A DNA stretch of 64,000 bases from Nymphaea colorata (Eukaryota), in the NCBI RefSeq assembly GCF_008831285.2, contig NC_045138.2, positions 19,592,001 through 19,656,000 of the forward strand. The letters are read 5' to 3'. Every line of letters begins with the position of its first letter. The first letter of the stretch is position 1. Position numbers and translations under genes: made by a program. Shown one piece after another: positions 1 through 13,604 of this stretch. The notes under the pieces are model-generated. The model was not told where the DNA came from. It did no database searches and was given only the letters and a program-made list of their open reading frames with translations.

Positions 1-146
1 TACCAAATTTAGTTATGAATGTTTGTGAGATTATCTTTTGTACTTCCAATTTCTGCGAATCCCAATTTTTTTAGACTACTACTAGTGCTGAAATTGACCA
101 CTTTAATTTGTCTACAGACAAAAAAAAAATTGAAATTGGACTCATA

Positions 147-3100
147 CCCATGAGGAGAGAACAGGGTCAATGTCTTTGCAGACAAAATGGAGCCTCCAGC
201 TCTCCGCCCTCCAAAGTGATTCCTCTCTTTCAGTTGAAAAAGGGTAGGCATGCACACCCCATATGTTGATCATATACAGCGCATTTGGATTGGTGACCTT
301 TCCCTGCCCATCCAAAGCTACCAATATGGCTTTCTTGCTAAATCTCCATTCATTGCGTACGTACTTCACAAAGGCAGATCTCGGGTGTGGCGGTGGGTAG
401 GCTGTCAGCCACGGCATTTCAGCTGCCACCTGCAATATCTCCTTCAATTGATTTTCGCCATTAATGAGGTCATTGACCGGCTCCATGATTGGAACCCAAA
501 CTATTTCAAACATGTTCTGTTGGCAGTGGTTACTATGGGTTTGTTGGAGAGCGTTGAGAATAGTCAGGTGCTCCTTCACCGTGATTTGCAAGTCTGAGAA
601 CAGTAAAAGCACAGCCTTCCGGCGCAACACCTCCACATGCACCTGGAAAAAATGGGGCATCAAAGCAGAAATTGTGATGTTAGATTGCTTTCTGTACAAG
701 AGGCACAAAGCAGATTCAATAATTAGAAAGACATCGATCATGCATGAAGCACAGATGAAGAAAGACAGGATGCATGGCATTTAAGTACAAATGACAGAAT
801 CATGGCACTGAATCTATTTAAAGGAAATAATTATTCACTTCATATGTAACAACAGGACCAAATTAAAATTCGAGGTAGTTAGGGAGTTTATACTTCTTTA
901 AGCTAAAGGATTTTTCTAGAGAAGTAAGCAGGTATTTACCAATTAAGGTTATGAAAGTCGTTTTCTCGATAATGTCTTTGCTTTGAAGGTTGTAAGAAAT
1001 GTACTTTCGCTTTGGCGTGCATTGATTTTGTCTAGAATGTCTTTACAAATGATTCACAATGCTAAAGCACAGCACCGAAGACAAAACACCGACCTTCTTG
1101 TCAAGGGAACGCCGGATGAAGGGGTAGTCATCCTTGGAAGGGAAAATTGTCCTCAGAATCTTCATGTTATCAACATGGATTGTTAGGAAGAGTTGCTGAA
1201 GTATTCTGTAGGCTTCTATTGACTTCTTCTCCTCTGCAGAAATCATTCATCATCGGATAAGTGGTAGACATGTTATCCATGGTGGCAAGAATCAGTAAAA
1301 CATGTCACCACTCCTGTAATGTATTACACTTTTCCATACATACCTATGATCTGCAGGCACATCTCCAGTTGCTTTTTTAGGTGACCGTGGATGTTCTTCA
1401 CCTTGTAAGCCAAGCTAGAAATCTCCCAAGCCTCAGATGTTGAAACGAGATGCCTGCATGGTGAGAGATGCTAAAAAAAGGCAACATTCTGCTCTCAAAT
1501 TTACCCTTAATTTTATCTTTCTTCTTTTTCAATTTGGAGATCAAATTGTCAATAAGTTGCTTCAAGTTCTAAAATTAAATATACGAAGAGAAACTGATCA
1601 CAAGTGCTTTCTCTTCTAGGAGTGTGGAAAATATGAAAGGAAATAACATGATGAACTGGTGCAGTATTTAACAGTACAGTAAAATTGTTTGGATATGATA
1701 GATCAAAATGATCAATGATCGTAAAATTATTCAAATTGAAAAAGTAAACGATGAAACAAACGAACTTCAATAAATCATGTTTTGCTTCTTGTGCAGTTGG
1801 TGGCACCACTATGTTTTGGAATATTGGTCGAACCAACTACATATTCATGCTTTCTTAAAATGGTAGTGATCGAAGCCATAAATATTTTCTTCTTTTCCTG
1901 CCTTGTCGACTTAGAAAAATCAGAAGCATGTTGCCTTAGCACATTAGATTAGAGTAATCTACGAACATAGTGATGGTGCTGATGGGGATACACGACTTGC
2001 ATTTATATCCCGGTCTGTCAGCAGGGGCGGAGCCAGAAAATGCCGGCTAAGGGGCGGTAGGTATAAGATTTTTAAAACTTTAAGTGGTACCAATATGTAA
2101 ATGAAAAAATTGCTGGAAAATATCAAGATAAAATAAATTTTTTGGGGGTTTCGAGTGGGCAATTGCCCACATGTAGCCCACACATGCCTCCCCCCTGTCT
2201 GTCAGACTGGTCCTTCAAAAACATATATAGATAGTTACCCGTGGTTCACGCTAATCAGACCAACAACCTGCGCCGACGATGTTACCGCACTTTTGATGAT
2301 CCAATAGACCGCGGTTGGAATACAAGACAGAGCTTCGACCATTGCAGGCACTTCCATGGAGATATAGTTTACCGGCAGCTCACTGAACGCAATTATGCAC
2401 CTTGTAAGCTCCAGCATTTCCTTGATCAAGTTGTCTAAAGCATCAAACTTTGGCTTCAGCGCGTGAACATGTCGTAGTAGTTCGGGCATCCGCTTGAGGA
2501 GTCCTACAGACTTGGCCAGGGGATTGACTGTACAGATCTGGCCAGTGAGCCAGAACTCTCCATAACTCATGGCAAAGGCAGCCAGAATTAGTACGACCTT
2601 TCCCTCCCAAGGATAGACACTCAGTATCGGGCCACTGAGCAGTCCCAACGTTGTCGCGTGCGAGTCGGTGCCTCCCGTGCACTTGCATGTTATCTTCAGA
2701 CATGCAAAAAATCAACAGCGGTATCAAACTACACTGGCAATTTTGGGAGAAATTAAATTATGGCCTGTTATGTTAAGAGATCGAAAGCACCCTGGGTGTT
2801 GAACTGCTGACTTCTTCAATTTAAAGGTCTTAGGTCCAAGCCCTTTTATATTAGAGATCTGCTGAACTGCTGCTGGTTATGTTCTACTGTTTGTACTTCA
2901 AGAGGGCTGCTTTTCTTAGTTCAAATGTTCTTGAAGAAAAGAAGCAAAGAGAAGATTTTAAACTGTGACTCAAACAGCTTTTGCCTACACTTTAAATTGA
3001 TCTCAATCGATGTTTTAAAAATGAAAAAGTCTGTATGTTAAACTATGTGATCGAATTAAAACTTGGGTATGATTTTCAACACTTTAATTCTGCCCTTGAG

Positions 3101-4042
3101 ATTGGGGAAAAAAAAAATGAAATGAACTGTAAATATGCGCACAGGTCGTGGTTTCGTAGAACTATACCTCGCAACTAATCTGCTGGATGACGTAAGACAC
3201 TCCACCCAGAGCATCAAGGTCTATGGAATCATCATGAGCGTTGCTTTCTTCGGTAACGATAGATTGGAAAGTAGTAGCCTGCACATATGGCAACGGCAAA
3301 TGCTTTCTGTGTTATGGTTAAGTGACACAGATCAGCAGTATAAGCAGCAAGCAGCAGCAGAAGAGGTAAATAATGTAGTTCAAATCATTGAACCAAATAC
3401 CATGTCTAATAACTAATAAGCTTGAACATGTGTTATTAGGAAGGAAAGGGTACTTAAAAGGCTGGTTCTTTCAAGCAACTCTCCAGAAATAGATCAGAGA
3501 GTGTTCGATCGAGTGAGAAGTGCTCAGATTTCCATGGAAAGCCGATGTATGAGAGACATGCATGAATGAATAAGAAATTCTGCTGTTAATAGTAAGAGGT
3601 GTCTTTCTAATAGCTGAGATGTCTAGAATTCTACTATGCTATTAGCAGGGGCGGAGCGACGGGGGGGGGCGCCTAGGCCATGGCCTGCACCCTGGTTAAC
3701 GAAAAAAAAAAACTTTTACATTAAAAAAAATATTATTTTTTAATCATTCTATGTATTTTTTAAATTTAAATTCAGTTTAGCCCTACCCGAATCTAGAGGT
3801 TGGACTGCTCCGCCACTGGCTATTAGTACACTACCAATGAAGTTGAGATGTCTTACCAGTACAGTAGAAGAAGCGTGGCGAAAGATCTGTTCGATGACAC
3901 TCATGACAGGCTTGACGTCGAACGCCCGGCCGTTTGGCTTGTGGGTGTCCAGTAGGTTCTTCATGAGGACTGTATCGTCAACAGAAGCTGCAAATGGAGG
4001 CGGGCTACAATTGAACGTCAAAGGCATCTTCAGGGGTTCCAT
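147..4042 (-). CDS. SEOR: Sieve element occlusion (SEO/SEOR) family protein, multi-exon, 3' end runs off the left edge of the window. Coding exons approx. 3857-4042, 3168-3278, 2239-2695, 1345-1454, 1095-1234, 147-642
   Basis: Spliced exons with GT/AG ends translate to SEO-family motifs: DDTVLMKNLLDTHKPNGRAFDVKPV, IQQISCE/ITCKCTGG..HATT, YPWEGKVVLILAAFAMSYGEFWL..NPLAKSV, IPTAVYWII, AWEISSLAYKVKNIHGHLKKQL, VEVLRRKAVLLLFSDL, FEIVWVPI, MPW..WRFSKKAILVALDGQGKVTNPNALYMINIWGVHAYPF. Confidence 0.93.
2022..2197. mobile_element. hAT-type MITE in SEO intron
   Basis: Imperfect TIRs CAGGGGCGGAG.../...CTCCCCCCTG, flanked by the 8-bp direct repeat TCTGTCAG (2014-2021 and 2198-2205). Confidence 0.85.
3646..3818. 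mobile_element. hAT-type MITE in SEO intron
   Basis: TIRs CAGGGGCGGAGC / GCTCCGCCACTG; 8-bp TSD GCTATTAG (3638-3645 and 3819-3826). Confidence 0.88.
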
Positions 4043-4511
4043 TCTCTTGACTGATCACCGGCACGTCTTGATCAATGAGCTCTGAGAAAACACTCGTAAG
4101 GCACAAGATATGTGGTGATGCCTGGTTCAGTGAAGCCATGCTTGGTAAGAAGCTTTTATGACGGGATGAAAAAGGTGAATCAAGAATGCTTATTATCATC
4201 CTCGGTATGGTTATCTGGTCGCATTTTCAAGAGTGCATGCTGATTTCCTCTACGTTCAAAATTTAGGAGAGACTTAACAATATAATGGTGTGACGTATGA
4301 AAAATTAAATAACAAAGAAAAATATATAAATATATGACGTGAACCTATTTACGAGGCATCCAAGCATGCAAAAAGTGAGGTAACGGAGAAATAAGTAACA
4401 TGAGCCAGGACTTTCAGTTAGTAAAGGAAGGGAGGACACCCCCCGCATGCTTTTATTGGAAGCAACAGGGTAATTTAGCGTGTCGATGAAAAGGATGACA
4501 GGTCAGGCAAG

Positions 4512-4892
4512 TAGAGCTGTACAACAATTAGTCGAACCAACTGAGAACTCCATTCAAACTCGTTTATTTAAGCTTGAAATGAGTCAAGCTCGAACTTATA
4601 AATGAGCCGTTTTCTAATTACATGAAATAAACTCGAATAAACTTGTTTAAGTTATGTTAAACTCGACTCGATTATACGTGAGTAAGAACCTTTAAAGCTA
4701 GGCAAGGAATCAGTGATGTTGGGAGTTGGTCAACGAGCTTAAATAAAGTCGAGCTCGAGCTGAGACCTGGTCTACTGAGTCAAGCTCAAAGCATATTTTG
4801 TACAAGTACTCAAGCTCGAGCTAAGCAAAATGTGAGTCTAGTCGAGTTAAGCTGACCAAGTTTGAGTTTGAGTAGACTCATGTACAACCCTG
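4512..4892. mobile_element. Probable MITE-like repeat (GAGCTCGAGC-rich)
   Basis: Imperfect inverted ends AGAGCTGTACA / TGTACAACCCT and internal AAGCTCGAGCT repeats; no TSD found. Confidence 0.5.
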
Positions 4893-5360
4893 CAATATTA
4901 GAGAAAGTTGGACCATGCATGCGTGTGTGTATATATATATATATAAGCCTTTGAGTGATCACGACCTCCGCACCACCCGTTGTGTATCAAACATTTTCGA
5001 TGGAGTAATCTCGTATCAAAGACTGGCAGTGGATGCATTAATTAATTTCGTATATATTTTCCACAAAACATCTCTTGGCGTATTAGAAAACACAAACAGA
5101 TGGTCGATTAATTTCTGGTTTTTGCTCGTTCTACACACATGATGTTTGCAACTGAGAGCGCTCAAAACATCATGGGTTGCAATAATACTAGCAACTAGCA
5201 GACGTTAGCTAGTCTGGTAACTGGGGAGAAGAGTGAGGCGTCAATTCTTCTCTTGCTTACCCGAAACTAACTAGCAAGGAAAATGTATTCACATGAGCAG
5301 TATATACGAAGAAGCTAGGAAAATGTATTAACATGAGCAATATATACGAAGAAGCTAGCA

Positions 5361-5695
5361 ACTCACCGGACTGATGGATTAAGAGATGGAAGAACTCACC
5401 GGACTGATGGATTCAGAGATGGAAGAAGGAGAAGAGAGTGGGAAGGCCTGAGAACTAGAAGGTATACTCGAGTTAGGATGGCAAAAATGAGGAGAACTCT
5501 GGCTTCCTTTATAGGCGCGAGCAAGCGCGTGAGGGCTCAGCACTGGTCACCTCTTCGTGTGCATTAATGGATCAGGGAAAGTATAAATTGGCATTAATGT
5601 GATGGCTCAACTGCATCCTGGAATTTTAGCAAACAAGACTTCCAAGTCCATGGGTCGTCGTCATCACACTCACGCCACCAAAGGTGACATCATTA
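5361..5695 (-). promoter_or_regulatory. SEO promoter module and non-coding first exon (copy P0)
   Basis: Minus-strand TATA (CTATAAA, 5508-5514); GTGAGT donors at 5361-5366 and 5394-5399; boxes AAGACTTCCAAGTCCATGGG (5635-5654) and ACGCCACCAAAGGTGACATCAT (5672-5693) that recur upstream of other genes in the window. Confidence 0.75.
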
Positions 5696-6217
5696 TCATT
5701 TTTTTTTTTCGCGTACTCCTAATTACGCAACAGCCCTGCTTGTCCGAAATTTAATTAAACCAACAAAACTATGTACATACAAAAAATGGTGCCAAGAGAA
5801 ATTATTAAAAACAAAATTTCTTGTGACTATCAAGTGGTTTTTAATAACCAGTTGCAACATCGTAAGGGTAAAATCGTTTGGATGTGAATGTACGCAGTCG
5901 ACCATTAATTAAGAGAGAATACATGACCGGTAAAGTATTTCCACATCAATGTTTGCTTTGTAAAGAGGTAATTAAAAAAAATCCCAATATATTAGATTAC
6001 ATTACAATTAGACATTGAGCATACTGCGCATTTAAATATTTCCAACATAAGCCAAATGCGAAGACGGGATTCAGAGGCATAAAGTGTGCATTATTGAACT
6101 GGAAGCACCTTTTAATTTTATTTTGAAGGATCTAATAAGCAAAATCAAGAAACTTAATATTTCTCATTAATGCATGGCAGTTCTTGGTTGTGAGGACCAA
6201 ACTACAACCAGTAGGGG

Positions 6218-6256
<39 letters not shown>

Positions 6257-7752
6257 GATGCATGGTAGTTCTTGGTTGTGAGAATTGTTAGTAAAGAAAA
6301 TATGAAAGGGGAGCAAATGTCGGCAGCCTGCGTGTGAAAGGGGGATATACATTTCTTTGGCTCCTGTGCATGACGGCCAAAAGGAAAAAAGTGGTTCAAG
6401 TTAGATCTATATCGTGCACAAAAACTTGGAAACATTGTTCGTTTCAACATTGTCGTTTCCGTGAAATATAGCAGTCTTATTTAAACAAGTTAAATCATGT
6501 AATGGTGATCAATCAGACACAGAGAGACTTCCGCGTTCAGACATTGCCTTTTTTGTGGATAGTTATTAAGGATAACTACAGTGGAACTAGTATTTTTTGG
6601 ATAATGTTGAATGATAATGAGTTAGAAGAGCCTACTTGCACCAGAGTTGCGATAAACATACCGAGCTGCATACAGCGGAACTCTAATTAGTGCAAAATTT
6701 TCTGTTATACTATATGTAAAATTTTGGTGAAATAGTATGTATGTTGCCCCGGTGAGCTAGATCAAACACGTCTCAGTTCAAAACATGTGGACAGTTATGC
6801 TCCTGTATTATAAGGGGGGCAGGTTTTACATGCAATTTAAAACATGCGGAGATCTCACCACCTGGTATTGACATAGCTCCGAACCTTACAGGCAAAAAAA
6901 CAAAAAAAAAAAAAGACTGAAAGTGGTTCGGTTTTAGCTCAGGCAGTATGATAATTCTTTGGCTCACCTGAAACTCATATGTATGTTAATATCCACTTTT
7001 ATGATTCATATCCCAAAACAACTAATGGATAAGAATCTAGCACTTGAAAACTTAATTACCAGTTCTATATATAAATTCTTCACCAATCTCCTGACGCAAT
7101 CTAAATGAAGAGCAAGGGCAGTAGGACCGCATATCCCAAGAATCTCTCCTACTTCGATCACATGATCATGTGCGCCAACAGGGAAGATGATTTCCAGGAA
7201 CTTTGCAGAACAAAAGTCTAGCTAGGTGAACACATTAATGGCGCGAGTTATAAGCACTGCATGAACATACGGAATATTTAATCTATTGCCTGTGACTGTG
7301 TGTCTTCACATTATGGGTCCCTTCTGAATGTTGGCAGCGAGCGATAGATGCCAATGTCCAAGGAAGCATTAAAGATAGCCGGAAGTTGTCAGTGCTATCG
7401 ATAAAAAAACATTATGAAGTATGGTATACCGATGGCCGAGTCAGGATTTTTTAATCGTGTCAGCACTTGCATTGGTGACACAAATTTGATGTGGGTGTTG
7501 CATATAATTTTAAAATCACAACAATGTAAGGTTGAGACATTATCATGTGATTTTTAATGGGCTCATGTGGGCAGTGGCCCACCTTAGCCAGCAAGTATCT
7601 CCGCTATTGTGGTATACGGTACTAAAACTGTTGTCGGTGCAACGCTACTGTGGTATACGGTACTAAACTGTTGTTGGTGCGACTATTATACAGTGTTTTC
7701 GGTGATGGGTTTTAAATATTTTGTCATTCGATAATATTTGGCACGTGGATGA

Positions 7753-7860
<108 letters not shown>

Positions 7861-9475
7861 AACTGTCTCTACAGTCGGATGTTTATTTTTTTTATTTTGT
7901 GTTGTTAAAAACTGTCATAAAAAGATGCATTTACAACAACTAATTACTTGAGTATAGTTTTTACCGATGGAAATAACTAGTGGTAGTTGGTAGGAGGGGA
8001 GGGGTGCAGCTTTGGCTTCTTTAGGGTATCCCTCCTCATCCCCCCGCAAATGAAGGGTGTCAAACACATGAATAGTGTGTTTGTCCCCCAAACTGGGCTC
8101 GGTGCATGCTAAGTCTTGTACTATTAGCACATAGTTGGTGCCAGGACAAGAAGTAGATTTGTTTGTGATTTTGAGGCAATTAATTGCACCTAGTGATGGA
8201 GCTAGAAATTTTGTGTTAAGGAGCACTGATAATTAATTTAAATATGAAACTTGAAGGGACACTATATACAAATGAGTGAACATTACTCAAATTTAAATAT
8301 GTAAATATAACAAGTTGTATGAGCTGATATGCATAATTGCAGACACAAGCTCAAATGCCTCCACCACTGATTGCATCGACTTTGCTGCTTGTCCACAATG
8401 CAAAACCCCAAAGCTGTTTTGCTTCGGTTTGTACAGAAGTAGGTGCTCATGGGAATCGAATCAAGCGGCTGACATCTGACTAGTTGCTGCCTGGCCGGAT
8501 CTGTTCTGCCAAACCCCTTGTACCAAAGCAAAGGGACGTTAAAGATTATATTGTTATCACTATACTTTTGATTGACATAAAAAATATGTTGAATTTACAT
8601 ATGACTGTTCCTTATATAGCTTCTAAAACCTGCCACCAAAATTTACTTGAAGAGCCAGATTTTCCTCATTCGCAACATTCCTGTTTGTATTGCAGAAAGA
8701 CTGCATGTTTGTACCAAAAGCTCTTGAATGACTTCGCAAAGAAGAAAAGCTCCTTCCATAGAGCGGCAACAAAGTACAAAGTAGATGTAATCCTAGATGA
8801 TGCCATTTGATGTCAACACGAAGGGGGGAAAAAAGAAAAGGACAAAAATGTCCCTCAGCTGACAAAGGATTTTTTTTTTTTTTTAAACATCCCATAATGA
8901 TAAAAGGGAAAAGTGAGGGCAGGGTGGTGGGAGGTGGCCATCTTTTTTAAAAAGAAACGTCTTTTATAGTCTTTTATCAATTTTCAATTTTGTCTCTACA
9001 AAAAGTTTTTACTAAGCGTATTTTAATCATTAATTATACTGGTGTATGAAATTGGTGCGTATTACCAGGCTCCCTTTTTTTCTTAAATGAAAAAAACAAA
9101 CAAAAAAAAGGAGGCGTCCCCTCCAACATGGAAGGAAGGGAGGAGGACTAAAGCTACTGGTCTTTAACAGTCTAATTCTGCAAAAAAGTGTTAAGGTGAA
9201 GCAGCAGCAAAGAGGATCGAAGCTAAGACTTAAGCTCTCATACAAGACACGATGTGCCACCGGACCCTACAAAGGAACAAGAACAAAGAAGAGAACTAAT
9301 TTCCAATCTAAAAGCTGAAGGGGCGCACCTAAGCTCCATCTATACCTGAATCTCACTAAAGAATCTATAGAAAAACAAAACTTGAGCTAAAAACTAAACC
9401 TGAAGGTGGCATCTTATAATTAGCCTTTCCATATTAATAAACCTTGGGATCATATAACACATGGTGGATCTGATG

Positions 9476-9608
9476 CAGGGGCGGAGGGAGGTGTGGTTAT
9501 ATGGCATAGCATTCCGAGATACAGGTCACTGTTCCATGGTAAATTGAGAATTTGTTAACCATATATTTAGTGCTCCATGAAAAAAAATTTCTGGCTCTAC
9601 CTACCCTG
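9476..9608. mobile_element. hAT-type MITE
   Basis: Starts CAGGGGCGGAG, ends degenerate ...TACCCTG; 8-bp TSD ATCTGATG (9468-9475 and 9609-9616). Confidence 0.8.
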
Positions 9609-10884
9609 ATCTGATGACTTCATCGTTCACTTCTGTTCCTGTTATAGATCCTTTATCTTTCCATTTAGTGCTACTTCAAAGGCCAGGCCAATGAGTACAA
9701 ATGGCATGATTGATACTATGACAGAGAGAAACGTAACTTTCTCAACGTTCAGAGGATGCGTTCACAAATAACTAAAGCTTGTCATGACAGCACAACATCG
9801 AAGTTTTGTCTGCCCTTGCCCTGAACAACCACCCTACCATGCATTAGAAAGAAAAGCAGATGGAGGAGATCGCACTTCAACCATGGTACCTGTAGATACA
9901 TTTGTTTACGACAAACACATATTGAAACGTAGCCTAAACAGTCACTGCTGATGCATTTTAAAACTCCTGTAACTTGGAGTAAATTTAGATTAGAAACAAT
10001 GACAAACGAAACAATCAAAACCATATCAAGACACAAACTCAGCAAGTTTATCAAAATCAAAATATTGATTATATGAACCCTTGCTCCTAACCAGCTTGGA
10101 TTACTAATGTTTGAGCCCTTGAACTTGTGATTCAAAAATAGCAAAATAGAGCTTCTGTGCCTGAATAAGCTTCTTTGCCTCGCCCTGCAAAGGAACAAAA
10201 GCTAGTAAGTCGAACAAAATAAAAATCTAGAAAAGACAATATTACACACATGACAAGCAAAAAAACTACATAAAGTTAGATCCCCTAAACATTACAATTG
10301 AGTTGCAAAGCTCTAGAGGGAGAAACCTTTAAGAGAGTTAGCAGAGAATACACATTACGTTAGAATGTAAAGGATTAATTGCATGCTTTTTCACTCCAAT
10401 CTGCTATGCAATCACTGCAGGGAAAATGGGCAAATAAAAGTGAATACTAGAGCTAAATGACGCTATGTTGAATGCTCACGTGACTTCACTTTTTTTACAA
10501 TTAAAACTTTTAAGTCCACAGGAAGGCTACACTTGCTTGCAACAGTATAGGATGGAGCTCCATCAAACAAGATAAAGATTATTCCTTTTAAATATCTGTC
10601 AACTTCATCACAATGAGAAGGATATGCAAAACAGCACAATAATTCAGATGAGAATGTTGTCTGTGTAGTGTGTATATAACAAACATCGGAAGAACTTCAA
10701 TGCTTATTTGATATATCCATATGGTGCATCTTTGAAACCAATGTCGATTTAAATGCTGGATCAGGTGTGATCCAAATTTGTTAAATAGATCAGGGCAACA
10801 TATGCATCACAAATGGATTCTCCAGTCAAGGGCACTAATTTTTCTCAAGCCTTAAACAGCTCATCTTCTAATTACTGTTAGGGA

Positions 10885-12715
10885 AACTTGACTTGCTCGA
10901 ACGAATTGATGAAATCAGAAACCATAGCTTGCTTACCTCAGATTAGCATAACTCTAGCAGATTTCTCGCGGTTATGCATATAGCGTCGTAGACAACGTCC
11001 TTAAATATCACATTCATGGTGTTGTCATACCTATTTCAGCATTTTAAAGCTGTTTTTGATTAATAGGCTTACGACCATAAACTTTGCATAAAAAAACATA
11101 GATTAAAACTTAACATAAAATCAGATGTAAGCCATCAACGTACAAACATGAACAACGATCGGACAACATGCATGAAACAGGGGACTAAGAAAGAAAAAGA
11201 AATAGATGGCTAAACCAGTGATTTACGAGAATATGGAAGGAAGACATTAACATGGAACAATGATGGACGCAAATGCGGTCGAATCACAAAGGGGATTAGG
11301 TTGCGTTTACCTGTGGGGATGCGTTTCTTTCGGCATAGCAGGAGATCAAAGGCTTCGCAAACGATTCACCAAGGGCTTGCTTGTATTGATTGGATTGCGT
11401 TAATCGGACCACCAAGCAACGATTCAACAAAGTAAGATTCCATCTGAAGGTGCTGTGATCACTTGGAGTCAATACGAAGGGGAGAAAAATGCCGCTCAGC
11501 AGAGGAGAATAAAAAGAGTGAAAATTTTGTTTTTGGAGGACAAAAAAATGCCTTCACATGAAATACAAAATGTTCCCTACATACTAAAGTGAAGGAGGGA
11601 AGACGTATTAACAGCACGCTAAACAAGGAACACACAGGGTGGAGAATTCTTTCCAAGCTGGTTGTAGATTTGGGCCCGCAATACAGGACTAGGATATTTG
11701 GCTCCCAAGTTAATTACCTTTCAATAAAACAAGCAAGGGTAGACATATGATTGAATGTACAACTGAGACTATCTTCCTTGCTTCACATTTTTAATCCATG
11801 ATATGTCTTTCACATACCCACCACCTGTCGTCACCACATGGACTTACCTTGTACTCTCTTTCTCTCTCTCTTTCGATATATATATATATATATAAGCCAG
11901 TAAAACCCCAGTGGACCTTGGAAAGCAGGTGGGTAGAGATAGCACATGACGAGTATGTAGTTGATGGAATAAAGTAGTAGCCCAGCAATCATATCATCAT
12001 CAACATAAGTCACACCATTAATAGAAATGAAACGAATAGCCTTCCTCCGAAAGTTCTGGGACGCCTATTGCTGAAAGAATTTAGCGTTATCATCCTTCCT
12101 TCAGCCATTGGACCCAATATTATTGCTTCCAGTAGCATTCATCAGGAGCACACCAAATATCAAAGATGAGTAAATGTGAGATGAGCCTGCTGTAAATGCA
12201 ACTAAAGAAGGTGATCATCATCACCATGGTGATGTAAACCAAAAATGTGTTGACACTTATATTTCAGAAAATTGAACAGTGTTTCTTGTTCATGCGCGAC
12301 ATGCAAAACAATTTCCACCGACTTTCCTATTTTCAACGACATAGAGCAGCAAGTTGATCGTCTCTATATATAAATACACATGAAACTCTATTCACCCATA
12401 TTTCCTGCCCTTGCCATCAGCTCATAAGCGTCTCTTCATAAGGATGCCCAACGCTAACAACAATCACTCCAAAGTTTCTGATTAAAAAGAAGCACTACAA
12501 TCAAATGTCAAGGTATTTCATATGTTAGGAACAGTAAGAAGTAAATTGGAAGAATTCAGGAAAAGAGGAACCAAAGAGGCAAAGACAGAATTCTCTGAAG
12601 CAGCAATCGTTAGTCAACCTACTCTGAATGTCAAGTTCCCATACAGTTAATGACTTCTCACATGATTCATTAACAGACACTCATGGTTGTGACAAGGGGC
12701 ATCTATGCAGCCACC
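10885..12715. repeat. Low-copy duplicated segment, homologous in the same orientation to 36268-37288; about 0.8 kb (11312-12120) is absent from the second copy
   Basis: Shared strings such as GATGAAATCAGAAACCATAG, TTAGGTTGCGTTTACCT, ATTGCTTCCAG, CTATGCAGCCACCA. Confidence 0.9.
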
Positions 12716-12755
12716 AGCGAGCGATAGAGAGCGAGAGAGAGAGAAAGAGCGTTGA

Positions 12756-12793
<38 letters not shown>

Positions 12794-13604
12794 TTTTTTA
12801 GAGTAAGGACAAATAAAAATTTGATTTTCAATGTCAAATTAATTGTTCCTGAAAGAGATATGGAAAACATAAGGTTGAAAAATAGGATAAATTCTTCTAC
12901 TATTTGCAATGGATGGGAAAACAGTAGCTTATATATTACTAAGTAAACAAAGGCATAAAATGGAAAAAAAGCAGTATTGGAAACATGCACATAAGAAACA
13001 CAACTTTATTAGAAGATCATTCAGGAAGCGGTACCATGAAGAACTAAATAGAAGCTCTTAGTACAAGCTAGCTATCAGCACTTGAGATCTTTTCATATGG
13101 GTTTTCCTAAAGCAAAGAAGTGAAAGTGAAAGAGTGTGGACTACAGCTCCTAGTGATGGCAGCAGATTTTACTCTTGACAAAAACCATAAACCAACAGAA
13201 GAACAGAGGGACATGGAATGGACCCACAAAATACCCAAACACTAAGCATAATAACTACAGAAGCATTCCACCAACATGAACTTGGACACCCAAAGACCAT
13301 AGAACACGAAGAACTCATGCCTCAGACACAGTTTTTACTACGGAATAGTAGTTTTCAGACCTCTAGGACAATTATATCACCACTGTTTATCCAGCATAAT
13401 CTACATTCCTTTGTTTATATCATCTGTCTTTTCCAGTTCAGAAATTTTACCGTCACCAAATACGTTGCACATCGCCACTGCTAGCTGGCAAGTCACTGCT
13501 AGAGATAGTCAAGGAACTACTGATGAATTCATCTGGCTGAGTTCCTGCATGACCAGATATAGCCTTTTTTGTTCAGGGTCAGGCTCCCTGTGCTTCTTCA
13601 AATG

